Shown piece by piece: positions 11,821 to 25,799 of a DNA stretch of 64,000 nucleotides. Within the stretch, counting starts at the first letter, position 1. Each line of letters opens with the position of its first letter. This DNA comes from Nageia nagi (Eukaryota > Plantae > Pinophyta): the NCBI GenBank assembly GCA_050084985.1, contig JBITNC010000001.1:102672001-102736000 (forward strand), written 5' to 3'. Below the pieces are notes generated by a model. That model was not told the origin of the DNA, searched no databases, and saw only the letters and a program-made list of their open reading frames with translations. The position numbers and the translations under genes were made by a program.

Positions 11821-14433
11821 TGGCAACATAGTGCACATAAGATGTACATTTTTGAGATAGACATTTATATGGAATTTGCCATGGATTTTTGTATATTTTA
11901 TGGATGTATGCTATATGACATGATGGATGCATGGATTTTCTTTTTATGATATGTTATGAATGTGTATCGATGTATGAGGTACACTTATGTATGAGATAAT
12001 GTATGTGTTTATTGTGCATGATTAGAAATGAATGCAATGCAAAATTAATTCTAAATGCACACTTACGACACTTGGAATAAAATGAACTGGTATGCTTAAT
12101 CACATACTACATAAATGAACATGTATGCTTAAACACCAAAGATAATAAATCTTGATGATAAACATGAATGATCCTTGATAAAAGACAAAAAAATGATAAA
12201 AATAGTAAATAAGTCAAGGTAACAAGAATTGACACACCTAAAAGATAATAGAAATATCGATAATGTAAACAAGATAAGAACATGATAAACAAGATAATAA
12301 TATCACTAGAAAATCAAATAATGCCCATAATGATAATTAATCAAATGACAACAAATTACAAAAGATAGATACATAACAAAGATAAAAAGTAAAAACAACA
12401 CTTATTTACTAAAAGGATAAAATAAAGAATAACATGATTACTCAACAAAGAATGTGCACCTAATCAATTGAAAATAACAACAAACCAACATATAAAATGT
12501 TAATAAAACAATCCAAGATTCTATCAAAATTTTACCATGATAGCACACAAAATGAGGTACATGACTTGTTCCTATGACCACCCCCAAGTAATCTATTTAT
12601 GCCCACTATAATAAACATAAACAAGAACCATACTAGGATGCTTCTAGGATGTAGCCAAATTTGACCAAAATAAGACTAACACAAAATTAACACTTTTGAA
12701 GAAGTGAAAAATTATGAACTTTGATGGATAATAACCAATAATTATGCTAATAATTTGATGAAGTAACTTGAAAATATGGTAGATATTAATATGATCTAAA
12801 AGCAAGATCAAATGATTCAAAAAATGGAAGTCATTTGGCCTATTTTCAAAATCAAAACAGAAGGCTACTTGGCCTAAGGTGACAACCCTTTAGTGCTCAC
12901 TGAAAGTGCACTATTATGAGTACCCTAACAAATGGCTTATGAAAATTAACCAAATGATGGAGTTAGGATACAAAATATGACATGTTGATTGAATTTAGAT
13001 CAATGATGGATTAGAAATTGATGGATTGAAAAATGAATGCAATTTGCTATATGTAAAATTGTGAAACTAGAGCCAACATTTTTAGGGTGCCCAATTTTGG
13101 GACCTTTTTCCCTAAACCAAAATGGACTAAGATATGGTTATGAGTCAAATAAAAATGGTATGACATGATATGATATGACCTAATGAGGCATTATATGAAT
13201 AATTTAGAAGTTGGGACCATAAGATTATGCAAATTGGTATGCTAGGATGACTGTGTGCCTCGATATGAAGGGCCAACTTCGAACCTAAATCAAGGGCTAA
13301 GATGGGATTAAAAGTAGATGAAATTAAATATCTAAAATATACTTGTATCAACATGAAGCTAATGAAATAAATTTCTTATCAAATCATCATGGTTGCACTA
13401 GTTATTGAAATTTAAATGAAACACAAGTTTGATAAAATAGCAAAAGATAAAAACATGAAAAAATTGAATTGCATGTGAAAAAAGAATAAAAAAACTAGAA
13501 ACATGATACCAAAATAAACATAAAAGAGATACATAATGATCAAATAAATCAAATAAGGACCAACATCCATAAAATGGTGAAGAAAAATAATGCGACATTG
13601 ATGCTGGTTCATCCATGTCACAAGTCATGATAATTTTGTATGGTATTTCTCTTAGAAACCATGATAGTCTATAGCCTATGATCAATCACAAGGGAATGAT
13701 GTTCAAGAAACTTGATATTTTGACTAAGACCCAAGTCATTATGTCATCACTAGGATATCATAGATCATTTATTATGATAAGTAACATAAATGGACATGCA
13801 AAAATATTAGGGATGGGATATTTGCATGAATAGGATACAAAGGACCTGACAAAAAAATAAGACAAACAAATATAACACACATGAAAGCAAGATAAAACAC
13901 CAAAAAGAACAATAACTTGGTCTACATAAGTTATTTTGGGATTGAATTTCACTCATGTCTAGGATTTTGCTTGCTTCATTATGGAACAAAGATAATGTCT
14001 AACAATCCTAAACCAAATGAGGACCAAGAGTGGTGAAAACTAAATGATAACTACAAGATGATTAAAAATGAAATAAAATATATAATGATACCAAGATCGA
14101 CATGTGATAGGGAGATGAGTGAATGGTGGTCTCTGTCCATCCAAAAAAGGTAGGATGACACTAAAAATGGAGGGCCAACTCAGTATCAAATCTTAATGAC
14201 ATGATAAAAAATATAATAAAGTGGTGAAATGAGGAAAATGTGGTACACACATATTCCCAAGGGAATGATTGCGCATAAGATACCCCTTTCCACTTAGTGT
14301 AGGATAAGCGAGCGACTAGAGAAAGATGACATGCTACAAAAAATAAAGCAAAGATGGTAAAATTATATGCAAGCTCAAATGAACTAAACCAAAAATCAAG
14401 TATGAATGAATTAAGACAATCAAGAAAAAAAGA

Positions 14434-17400
14434 CTAAGCATATAATGGATGAATATGGATGGTGTTAATAGGCTCTAACTCTTCCCATCCCTTTAAATAT
14501 GCCAAATGGTAGGTGTCTATACCAAATTTATTCTTAACTATATAAGGCTCTAGTCAATTCAGTGCAAACTTGTCATGAAGAGGCCTTTCAAGGTGTGACT
14601 ATTGCTGATTCTCTTTAAATACCAATTCACCAACCTCAAATTCCCTAGGTCTAACCTTTTTGTTATATACATGCTTTAACCATTCTTGATAGACTTTATG
14701 ATATTGAATGTCATTGACACATATCTCAACAACAAGAGTAAGTTGATCTAAATGGGTTGTATGACATCCCCATTTGGAATGAGACCTTGGATATAAACTC
14801 TCAAATGTGGAATATCTAATTCAAGTGGCATGACTAATTCAATGCCATAAACTAGTGAAAAGGGAGTGGCCATTATAGGCATCTTAATACTGGTGCAATA
14901 GGCCCATAATGCATAGGGGAGACACTCATGCTAATTTCGATGGTTATCATTGAACATCTTCTTCAATATCATGAAAATGATTTTGTTGTATGCTTCTACC
15001 TAACCATTACCCTAGGAATAATATGATGTGGAAAGAAATGTTGAATGTTGTAATCATTACATAATGCTCTCACATGATGATTCTTGAAACATAACCAATT
15101 ATTAGTTATGATCTTATGCAGGATGCCAAACCTACAAATAATATGAGTATTAATGAAGTTAGTAATCTTAGTACCTATGGTGGACACAAGTGGTTTAGAT
15201 TCAACCCACTCAGTGAAATACTTGATCATGATTATGATGAATTTATGGCCACCTAAAGAGGGAGGTACAAACTTCCCTATGAGATTAAAGCCCCACTATG
15301 CAAAAGGCCAAATAGAATGGATATGGTTAAGTGTTTGAGTTGGTAGATGTTACAAATGAGAATGTTCCTAACACTTAACACACTTTTTGACATATTCATG
15401 ATAGTCTCATTCCATGGTAGGCCAATAGTATCCCATCCTAAGGATGCATTTGGTAGTAACAATTCCATTAAAATGCCCACCATATATGTAATCATTATAA
15501 GTTTGAATAGACATATCTTGATTAAAGATGTCTAAGCAATGTAGGAGGACTCCATCATATGACCATTTATAGACAACATCTCCTAATATGGCATAATGGG
15601 AATCCTTTTGTTTAAACATCCATTTTTTGCCTACTAATAAGTTAGGAGGTGTGACATTCCACTTCAGATACTCATGCAATTGGTTGTACCATAGGTCATG
15701 TGGTTCAATAGTGATCTCGTTAACTGATGCTAAAGGTAGATCCTGAGGTAACAATGCTTTAAGGGTAAATTCCTTCAAAGTCACTATCTACACATGCTGA
15801 ATGTGTCGATGAAGATTGGGAGGGATAAGTGAACCTAAAGATGCCATGGTGTTGGTAAACCTATTAAATGATTGGAAGGTTATATTAATTTTATAATATT
15901 TGAATCATTTCAATAATCTCAATGCCATATATCAATAAGTATTTAGAAGCTCATTGTGACATTGATAGGTGCCCATAATCTAATTGATAATTAACTTAGA
16001 GTCTCCATAAATGAGTACTTTTTTGAATTTTAACTCGATGGCTATCTTAATTCATAAGATAAATACCTAATATTCTACATTATTGTTAATGCATGGGAAG
16101 TCAAGTTTGAAAGAATATGGGATAGGGACCCCCTAGAGAGTGAATAAGACAAATCTAGCCCCTCCCCTTTGTTCACATCTCAAACTATCAAAGTACATAG
16201 TAATATCATAATCCTCTTAAGTATCTAGTACTTCTTCAATGGTCACCTCTGCCAACTTATATGCTATGACTTGACCTTTGATCAACTTCTAGCTGATAAA
16301 TACTAAGTCAAACTCTAAAAGAAACATGATCCACTTGGTATTCCATGTATTTTGGTACACCTTGCTCATCATATACTTCAATGGATTAGCTCTAGAAATC
16401 ACATAAGTAGTGTGATTTAACATGTAATGACTAATTTTCTTAGAAGTGAATATGATTGGAAGGAAAACTTTCTCAATGTAAACATACATAAGCTCATAAT
16501 CCATAAGCATGCAACTAAGGTAATAGATAACTTACTTATTTCCCTATTCATTCTTTTGGGTTAAAATGAATCCTTATATGAAATTAGTAGCTAAAATATG
16601 TAAATGGGAGGGGACATTATCATTAGGAGGAATAAGAACTAGGGGATTGAGTAGATATTGCTTGATGTCATTAAAAACTCATTGATAACTCTTATGCCAA
16701 TCAAATTGTACACCTTCTTAAGTAGCTCATTAAATGGCCTGTACTTGTGTAACAATTGAGCTATGAATCTCCTGATGGTCTAAATCCTACCCTAAAGTCT
16801 TCTTAAGGTTTTGACATTGTGAGGTGGAGGCATGCTAGTGATGGTAGACACTCTTAGGATAAACCTCTATACCTCTTTTATAAATGATTAACCTTAGGAT
16901 TTTTCCTGATGTAATACCAAAAACACATTTTTTAGGATTTAATCTGACATTGTGTTTAAGCAATCTCTTGAAGACTTTCTCTAACACTTCCTAATGTTGG
17001 TCTCTAATTTTGTATTTGGCCAATAAATTATCTACATAGTCCTCCATAATATCATGCATCATATCATGGAACACATTAGTTATAGCATGTTGGTATATGG
17101 CACAAACATTCTTAAGTCCAAACAGCATGACCTTGTAACATAAGGTCCCTCATGGTGTAGTGAATGTTGTCTTGTGTTGATCCTAGAGGGTAATCCAAAT
17201 CAAATTGTAGCTAGAGAAACCATACATAGGTGAAAACATATCATATCCTACTATGTTTTTGACCAAAGTGTTGATATTGGGCAATGGGAAATCATCCTTA
17301 GGAAAAGTCACATTGAGATCTCTAAAATCCATGTAGACCCTAATATAGCAGTTAGGATTATCGATGGGAACCATGTTAGATTTACACTAAGGGTAATATA

Positions 17401-19430
17401 TAGAGCTAATAAAATTTGCATATAAAAGCTTATGAATTTCATCCTATATTTGAAGTGACTATGATAGATTGACCTTTCTAGGCTTTTTCTTGACTAGGTT
17501 GGCATCTAGATGAGTGATAATATTATGGACTATGACAATATGACCCATGCAAATCATATCCTTATAACCAAAGGTAAAGACCTTTGTATATGTTTTTATT
17601 ATTATCATGGATTTAGCCCTTTTTGCTTCATATAATACATCCCTCAAGTAGACTATCTTTGGATCTGCATGGTCCTCACTAATATTTACTTCAATTGAAT
17701 TTCCTAAGTGCATGTGGGATCCATCCTCTAGATACTTAAAGATTAGAAGGTATGCATAATCATATTTTTCCAAACTATTAATGAAAGAAGTTAGGATTGA
17801 TGATTAAAATTCATTAAGGTAATAAATATAAAGAGATGCATCACTCAAAATAAGACAAGGATATGACAAATGAGAAGAGGAATTCATGAACAAAGGACTA
17901 ATATAATTATGTGAGTTACAATCCAAGAGAGGGATGAAAGGCTAAAAAATCATCAAGGAAAACCATTGAAATATCAAAGGCTATGTCACATGATAGTTCA
18001 TTGAAGAAATCATTCAATATGGAACACTCTAAAGCAAGAGGTGTAGATGGATTGAAATACAAATTGATATGATGCTCATTATTGTGTGACACCTTCCCTT
18101 TTAGAATATTAATATGTGAAAATTATTATTCTATAATTTTAATCTTTGGGCCATGATACACTTTACCACATTTATCTTAGTTAGATTGAAAAGGAATAGA
18201 AAAAGCATGAACTTGCCCTTACTGAAATTTTCTTAGGTCATATCCCTACCATTTCCATTTAGCAAAGAGTTTATGCAATAGTTTAGGACATGATAGATAT
18301 TCTATTTTAGTATAAAATTTCTCCTTAAGATGATGCTCAAGGGGAATGTACTGGGGTATTTTTATACCCACATAATCAAAGAAATATTAGTTAGTACATG
18401 ATTCTAATGGGATGATAGAGCCTAGAGCAAGTGATGATTCATGAGGTCTCCCCAATTCTCTTATAGAGGGAATATGAAAAAGAAAATCATTTATAAGATA
18501 ATCCCTCTTTTTAATACATTCATACTTGATAAGATAATATGGAGGTAAAACTATAAGGTTGAAAAGCTATTAGCTAAGAGGATTAGGACCAACCAAAGAG
18601 GAAGAGGGCTCATCTTCTTGTGGTGAGTCAGATATAAGATATGATGAAGATAAATGGAATTGATCAGGTGGAGGCACTCAATGATAAAATGGATGATCAT
18701 TTCCATAGATGGGAAAGGATGAGTTTTGATGACTCAAATAATTATGTATAGAATCCTCAAGGGATTTACCATCATGATGTATAAAGGGATCGACATTGAT
18801 GGAGATGAAGAAGATGGCTACAAATAAGAAGCTGACATTAAGAAGATGGCTACAAAGAAGAAGCTAACTAAGCTAACAAAGGAGTTAAGGATGGAGGTTC
18901 TTATGAACATGGTTTCATAAGATTATGATGATCATTCACAAGAATGGTGATAGGAAAAAGATTCCCACATGGAATTTAAGAGGACTTAAGAGAAAAATCA
19001 AAGTTGTAGTGACTAAAGGGGTCTAGATTGGTTATAATGCAATTGACTATTTTGTTATATAAGTATTTCAAACATCAATATAAAGTAGATGGAATTGACT
19101 CCATGTCCTTTATCCATGGTCAATCCAAAAGAAAATTATATTGCATATCACCTTTAACCATGTGATAAGTAGTTGCTATTTATCTAACTCCTACCATGAT
19201 TAGAAGAATTACTATGCCCATGGTTGTAGATAAAGTGTTATTGAAGGCCCTAATAGTAAGTGTAGGAGCATTCAAAAATTTGATAAGAACCTTAAGTATA
19301 TCAAGGGATACTAAAGATATAACATTGATTGTGAACCCATTATCTACCAATACTCTTTGAATGATGACAATCCACATAAGCTATAATGTACAAAGTAGGG
19401 TTCTTTGGCTTATTCTAGTGAGGATATTGA
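14434..19430 (-). pseudogene. Tat/Ogre pol: protease, RT, RNase H, additional archaeal-type RNase H, integrase
   Basis: VLVDNG (PR); DFRDLN..PKDDFPLPNI and YVDNLL (RT); MYFDS..NNNVEY..IYGDSKLIINQI (aRH, about 15830-16200); GGHF..ILRMGYYWPTM, KYFTEWVE, IICRFG (INT); ends EPINTIHIHPLYA*. Confidence 0.93.
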
Positions 19431-19435
19431 ATTTC

Positions 19436-19817
19436 ATGGAGGTTCAAAACTTGATGTAACCCTTTGAAGTTGATGTCACAAATTCATATGCATGTGTAGT
19501 CAAGTAAAATAATCATAGAGATCATGAAAAATTATGTCAAGAAAGAAGAATTTCTAAAAAGTGAGCCCATATTACCTTTTATAAACCTCAATCAAGATTG
19601 TCCAGATGATTATGTGACTTGCAAGATTGTTTGGGTGATTGACAAGTCATTCAAGTGACTAAAACTAAAATGTTATAAATAAATAAAAGGCTAAGATGAA
19701 GTTAATGAAGTGCTGCACAACATGTTAGAAAGACATGATATTATATGATATGATAAATTCCATAAATATTAGTATAACCCTATCAACAATGTAAAATATG
19801 ATTTTAGTATGTTTACA
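19436..19817 (-). repeat. Truncated 5' LTR (first 382 bp) fused to the protease region
   Basis: Aligns to 7296-7675 only. Homology stops at ATGGA, with protease-proximal sequence immediately beyond. No PBS or gag. Confidence 0.88.
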
Positions 19818-21757
19818 ACAATAATGTGCTAGAAGAACACAAAAAATTCAATAGGGAATCCATCTAGGTTCAAAGAATTATTTTTTCCCATATCTTTGAT
19901 CGTAGCTTCCACTTCCATAATAGAAAAAGTTTTGGTGAAGGCTCTATTTTTCTTTTTTGTGATAAGGTGTGGGATGTGGTCTAGAAGATCATCCATTATT
20001 TGTTCAGATACATCTTCCTCAAGAGACATTAGTTATTTAAAAAATTTGACCCTAATTGATTTAATTTCATTAAGGTCCTAACAGAAGGAGCCATCCTCTC
20101 TTTGAATTTATTCTATTTTGTTTGGTACTCAATGTTTAAAAGTTGTTAATTTAAAGAAGTATGTGTTCCTATCCCCATTCATCATCTAGTACACCTATGA
20201 TTTTTGGAAGAAGTATGCCTCCTCTTTGGCTAGGATCATGTGGTATTCATACAAATTTTCTTTTTCCATTTGCATCATTTCAAGGGCTCCCCCACTTGTA
20301 ATTATTTTATCATCCATATCTATTAATTCAGCCTATATATTTTCTTTCCAGGTATGAACAACTCCAAATAATTCCTTGTTCCAAATTTTAATATTTTATT
20401 TAACATACTAGTGTTTTTTTTGTGAGAATGAACATTTTGAATCCATGAACAATGGTATTCCACCATTGTTTGACCTTAGAATCCAAATTTGTATGACTCA
20501 ACCACATGATTTAAAACCTAAAAGGATTATTTCTTAATCTCTTAGCATTACCTAGGGATAAATGGAGGGGATTATGGTCTAATCCAATCCATGGGAATGA
20601 CTTCAAAAAAGCATCTAGAAATGTTTGTATTAAAGATTCATAAATGAGGATTCTATCTAATCTACATAGAAGCCATACCTTTTTTTTAGTTTATCCATGT
20701 ATCTTTGTTACCATGAAGGTCTAGGTACATCATATTTGTGTCATTGATGAAGTTGCATAGATCTCTTATTGATTCTAATTAAGCATTATCAAAGTGTTGG
20801 AATGTATAGTGCATTATTGTAAAGGATATGTAATAATATTCTATGTAAGTTCACTAATACTTAAGGGTATCATTTTATACCTTAAGTATTTATGTGAATA
20901 TGATAATGTGACTTGTCCTACACTCCATGTCATGAGCATGCCCCTTGGGTAAAAGGATGTGCATGTCATGCTTTTGTACATTGGATAAAAGGGTGATCCA
21001 AAGAGGGATTTTGGCCTATAAATAGAAGGCTCCATCTTTGTGATCACACACCAATTTGTGGAGTGAAGTTATGCTATAGGATAGTGTTTAGGAGAAAAGA
21101 GTAAGATGATTGTAAGAGTTCATATTTGTTAAGGAGAGAGATCTATTTAGTGATGTACTCCTAGTTGGAGGAATCGCTTACATCTTGGATTATCTTTGTG
21201 AGATTGATTTTTGAGTTTGTTAGATGTGTATTGTGAGCTTTCATGTGATCTTGGGAGTTTAAAGTTGTTCTTGTTATAGTTTTATTCTCTCACAAAGGGC
21301 CCTCCCAACTTATTTGAAGAATATCTAGGGATATTAAAGTTTCATGTAACCATCCATTTTTCCCATAATTTCATTTTTATGATCTATTTGATTTATTTCC
21401 AAAGGGTCTTCCTTATACAAAGGGTATTGGGAGTATAGACAACTAGAACATGCAAGATAATTTTCTCATTGAGATCTTCCAAAGTTATGTATAGAATATT
21501 TTTAGTTTCAAATTTTTTTCCATCAAACTTTTTAGGATCCCATAAATCTATAATCCCTCCTAATTTCCCTAGAGTTGGGACTTCCTCCATACTAGCATAT
21601 TTCCAAACAAGATTCTTAATCTAGGTTTATTTTCTTACTTAACTTTTGTTTCTTACAACAACAAAATGTCAAGCTTCCATAGTCTATGATTATCCCATAG
21701 AAGCCTATAGTGAGTGAGGGAATTAATCCCTTGCACATTACAAGAGACCATTATAAT
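19818..21757 (-). pseudogene. LINE A ORF2, 5' part: APE endonuclease and linker
   Basis: IMVSCNVQGIN start, LLL*ETK, GKLGGIIDLWDP, VYTPN, RLDRIL, LDHNP, GDRNTYFF, MGKNNSLNLDGFPIEFF. Confidence 0.88.
20795..21292 (+). mobile_element. Solo LTR (498 bp) in the LINE A endonuclease region
   Basis: TG...CA ends, perfect 5-bp TSD CAAAG at 20790-20794 and 21293-21297, TATA box CCTATAAATA near 21015. The LINE frame is restored on removal. Confidence 0.9.
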
Positions 21758-22984
21758 TTTTTACCTCCCTTAAGGAATGCTTTTCTCCCATAGATATCTA
21801 AAGTGGTTTGTTTTCCATCAATCACATCTTTAGCTATTTGCTTTTCTCTTGTTTCTCTTTCATATGGTCATCCCACATGGCCTTGCCAAATGTTTGGTCT
21901 TTTGAAGGCACTTCTCAATGAACAGATTGGATCATTTTCCTGAGTTTCTTTAACCATTAAATCTCTTGATTCTAAGTGAATATCATCAAATTTATTCCTT
22001 TCTATCCATATTAGAGCTACTAGTGTTATTTTCCTTCTTTTGATTATCTTATTCGGTGAAATCCACTTTTTCTAGTTGCCATTCTTTCCTTCCTTAGATA
22101 CCCCTTTGTTAGATACTATATACTAATTATCTTTGGCCTTGTTTGGGGTTGTTATTGTTGCTCCTCAATTGTATTCTTTGGCTCTTGCTAAGGTAGGATT
22201 TCACCATCCTCCAAATTTTCTTAGGTGTCATTCTTCTATTTTGGCCTCTAATATTCCATTTTATAATGATTTATTATTATCTTTTTGATTGGACATATTT
22301 TCACATTGTGTCCCACCTAATTACAAGTGTTACATAATAAAATATTATTCTCAAATTGTATTTCATGCTCCCTTTCTCTTAACTTTGAATCCAAAGTAAT
22401 TGATTTTGGTAGGGTGACACCATAATCAACCATAGCATAGATTCTTGAATCCAAAATCCTAGTTCATGCCATAGTAACTTTGTTTTTTGCAATGAACTTA
22501 CCAAAAGGGTGAACTATACCTTTGTATATTCTTTAATTCTAAAATTATACCAAAAATTGGGGAAGAATGAGGAAAATTAGATCTATTATAATTTGTGCTT
22601 TCTTCGGATCAAAACTAGGCTCCCATTTCTCCAAGAATAGACCTCTAGTACCAAAGAACCATGGTTTGCTAAGCATAAAGTTCATATCTTCCTCATTTTG
22701 AAAGAGAACATAACATAATTATTTGGGATAGAAATTACTTTTGCATGACCTTTAGTCTTCCATCAAAGCTTTGTCGATAATCATATCATGTCCAAATTAG
22801 GCATGGTCCCATGTAACTTGCCTACAATATTGAAGTGGCCTTGAGTTTTAGCTTGTGAGATTATATCATTTGAAATTTTGAGTCAAAGTTTATCACCATT
22901 CTTTTCTATGGTTATCGGAGGTCCTTTATCTTCCTCAACCTCTTTAGAGAGGAGGCTTTACCACTGCCTCTGGGGGAGTGCCAT
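21750..22984 (-). pseudogene. LINE A ORF1 (DUF4283-like region and CCHC zinc knuckle)
   Basis: MALPQRQW..., FQNEEDMNFMLSKPWFFGTRGLFLEKWEPSFDP, LPKSITLDS, CNTCN*VGHNVKICP. Confidence 0.85.
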
Positions 22985-24519
22985 TTTAAAATAACATGAT
23001 CGAGGTGACCATACCAATCCGAAATTTGTGGGTAAGGGACATGCAATGGTCATATAACCTAATCTAATTTTGCAAAATTAATTTGAATTCAATTCCTGAT
23101 CTAAAATGTGCAAAAATTTGTAGAATTATGAGACTTAAATTCTAAACATGGAATATAATTTCATTATTTTAGCTAGGTAATTGAACTTACATTTTTTTTT
23201 TCAAATTACCTTTACTATCATTTTATTATAGATATGAATGAGCTTTGAGGCATTCTCATTCTTACTTCATGAATTCTCTTTTCTTATTTGTTATCTTCCA
23301 TATATTCTTATGTTTCTTTCCTTCTATTTCTTTGTCCTAATTATGAATCCCCTCTTGTCTTCTCTCTAATTTTCTAGGTTAATTACATATGATTGGATGG
23401 ATATTCATTTTGATTGGTTCCTTCTCTATTTTCCCCTTGTTATGGAAGCTATTTAGGTGCTTGTTGACACTTAAGTTTAGTCCACCTTAGGTTTCTTTAT
23501 TAAGAGTTTCATTATATTAGTATCATATTATATTATGTGTGTTTTATTAGACCATTTAAGATACTTCTCATGTAATTTCATCTTTATTTATTTAAAGTAC
23601 CCCAATGTCAACTCTATCTTCTATGTGGAGGTTCTCTTTCATATTTAAAGGTAAGTCTTATTACATGGGAAGCCATCAATATTTCATCTCAATAACTAGT
23701 ACTAAAATTTTAAGTGTTTCTCAATGTCTCCTATTGAGATTGGGATCTTGTTATTATATGAGCATATATGTTATTCCATCTTCAATAATTATATGTTTCT
23801 CTTAACTTGTTGATACTCTATTATCTATTAGATATTGGTTTCAAACTCTACTCTTGATATATTCAATGTTCATGTTATCATATGTGTCAACATTATTATT
23901 TAAGTCTCCATGTTTATGCTCCCTTAAGCATATATGCTAGGGTTCCATTTTGCTTTGTTGTATGGGGATCAACATATTAATATCACTATCTTCGAAAAGC
24001 TCCTATTTGCATATAATCTTTATCATCCCAAGTAAGGTTAAAAAGTATTTATCTATCTCTCAATCCCTTTCATATTAGTGTATAAGTGTTATCTTGATCC
24101 AATAGTTTGAGCATTTCTTTATTCATTTCCATTTTTTTATACTTCATATTATTGTTGTTATTCATTAAATATAATTTTTTTGTTAAAATTAAGATTTATA
24201 TTATAAGAGGAGTTTAGACAACTCCTAGCCTCAAACATAATTTGATTAGTTACAAAACAAGGGTCATGGCCTTATAATCAACATTAAGCACCATGTCCAC
24301 AAGATATAATACTATCATCCATATACAAAAATATATTCAACACTAGGTCCTTTCCAACATCTATGACCAACATACATCAACTTTTCAAAGAAGCATTACT
24401 ACCATACAAAAAAATCATATAATTTGTAAGATCACATAATAGGCATTACAATTTTACATACTAAATCACCTTACACAACAAAAGAAAAAGTACTTGCCAC
24501 CATACAATAACACATAATC

Positions 24520-25504
24520 CTGAAGGATCATTCTAGAACTCTTCTTCTTTACTGGCACATTACCTATATTCTTGAAATTAAACATAGATTTGCTCCACAT
24601 ATTTGTAGCCTTGCATGTAGAAATGAGATTGCACTTTTATTCCCCTTCCTTATGCTCCATTTTATCATTCTCCATCCCCAAACTCTAATCAATTTCTTCT
24701 TCCATTGAATTGTTCTTGAAAAATAATAGGTTGTTCATAGGTCCATCTTTAACCTTCATATTCACCTTCTTATCCAAATTATCTCCTCTTCATATTTTGA
24801 ACTATAAAATGTGAAATTTTTTATGGATCTATTTCTTTTTTCTTGATCTTAGTTTCATCTTTTTAAACCTTTAACTCCATAACAAAAGGAGTTGAGCATG
24901 AAACCATTGCATGCTTATATAGGAAAAATATGAGTCCTTGATGAATTAGAACTTTTTTCAAATGGTTGGCTTTATCTATGGAATGCTGAATGGAATTAAA
25001 TAGAAACAACACAAAATTCACCATGTAATATGGAGAATTAGGGATGAAATGGCTCAACAAAGTAAAATGGTAATATCTAGCTATCGAATAACTCCCCTCC
25101 AGCATAATAAACTTAATTATCACCTCCAACAACTCTTTCCACATCTTGGGTAGACTCTAAATATCATACCCATCTATAGGTTCAAGCACCTTTTCCACCC
25201 TAGACCAAAAAATTTTCACATCTACCTTATGGTATTTACCTTCTATATGAACTCTCCTCCCAACTACCTCCAAACTCATGGCTTTAATAATAAACTCCTC
25301 AAAAATTTTAAAGTTCAACCTATCAACCTTAACATTGCCATTTTTCCAAGATATTAACACTTGATGCAAGATTTCTTGAGTATAACCATGAAAGATTTCT
25401 TGGAACTTTTGAAGGCCACCTTGGCCAAGCTTCTTCCAAACAACATTATTCTGTTTAATCCATAACTAGTCCCAAGGATCTGTTTGGACTATAGGTCATG
25501 TCAT
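24520..25504 (-). pseudogene. ORF3 of LINE B, unknown function (3' end approximate)
   Basis: ATG at 25504: MT*PIVQTDPWD*LWIKQNNVVWKKLGQGGLQKFQEIFHGYTQEILHQVLISWKNGNVKVDRLNFKIFEEFIIKAMSL...LPKMWKELLEVIIKFIMLEGSYSIARYYHFTLLSHF...VNFVLFLFNSI...HQGLIFFLYKH, in one frame for about 210 codons, then a charged tail. Confidence 0.8.
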
Positions 25505-25799
25505 GATAACAAGAAGACAAAAGCCCCTTTTTCCTTATAGAAACCTATAGGACCACCTCTATCATAAAACATAATGAAACTTAGATTCCCTAAAGCCTTT
25601 ATTAGCAACATTGCAAGAAAAAATTAAACTATTACTCTTGTAAACACCTAGATTAATCTAGAACCTATTGTAATTAGCTCTAAAATCATCCATTCTAAAT
25701 TCATGGGTATGCTTCCAAGGCTTGACAAGGGACACCAAAAATGTGCCACCTCTTGTCAATGATATAGTATTCCTATCCCCTACATGCTATGCTTAATTT

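Larger units (their letters stand above)
6496..19817 (-). mobile_element. Ty3/Gypsy Tat/Ogre-lineage LTR retrotransposon nested in LINE A, with gag deleted
   Basis: TGTAAA...TTTACA termini, paired LTR sequence, PPT, PR-RT-RH-aRH-INT domain order and a long 3' region. The TSD is decayed (CAAAT vs ACAAT). Confidence 0.9.
2170..23154 (-). mobile_element. L1-clade LINE A, full length (about 7 kb net of nested insertions), ORF1-ORF2-ORF3
   Basis: Exact 13-bp TSD ATAATTTCATTAT at 2157-2169 and 23155-23167, and a short A-rich tail at 2171-2175. ORF2 reads through both large insertions (DGFPIEFFVFF*HII / IEVFEAI...NATFLTLIPK; KLGGPF / DNA*LESIRD). Confidence 0.85.

Noticed and set aside
12107-13989. 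Hydrophobic ORFs resembling membrane or env-like proteins
   Set aside because: T-rich strand bias of the Tat 3' non-coding region; overlapping frames and no motifs.
17800-18950. Ogre-type intron between protease and RT
   Set aside because: A spacer is present, but splice sites cannot be distinguished from general decay.
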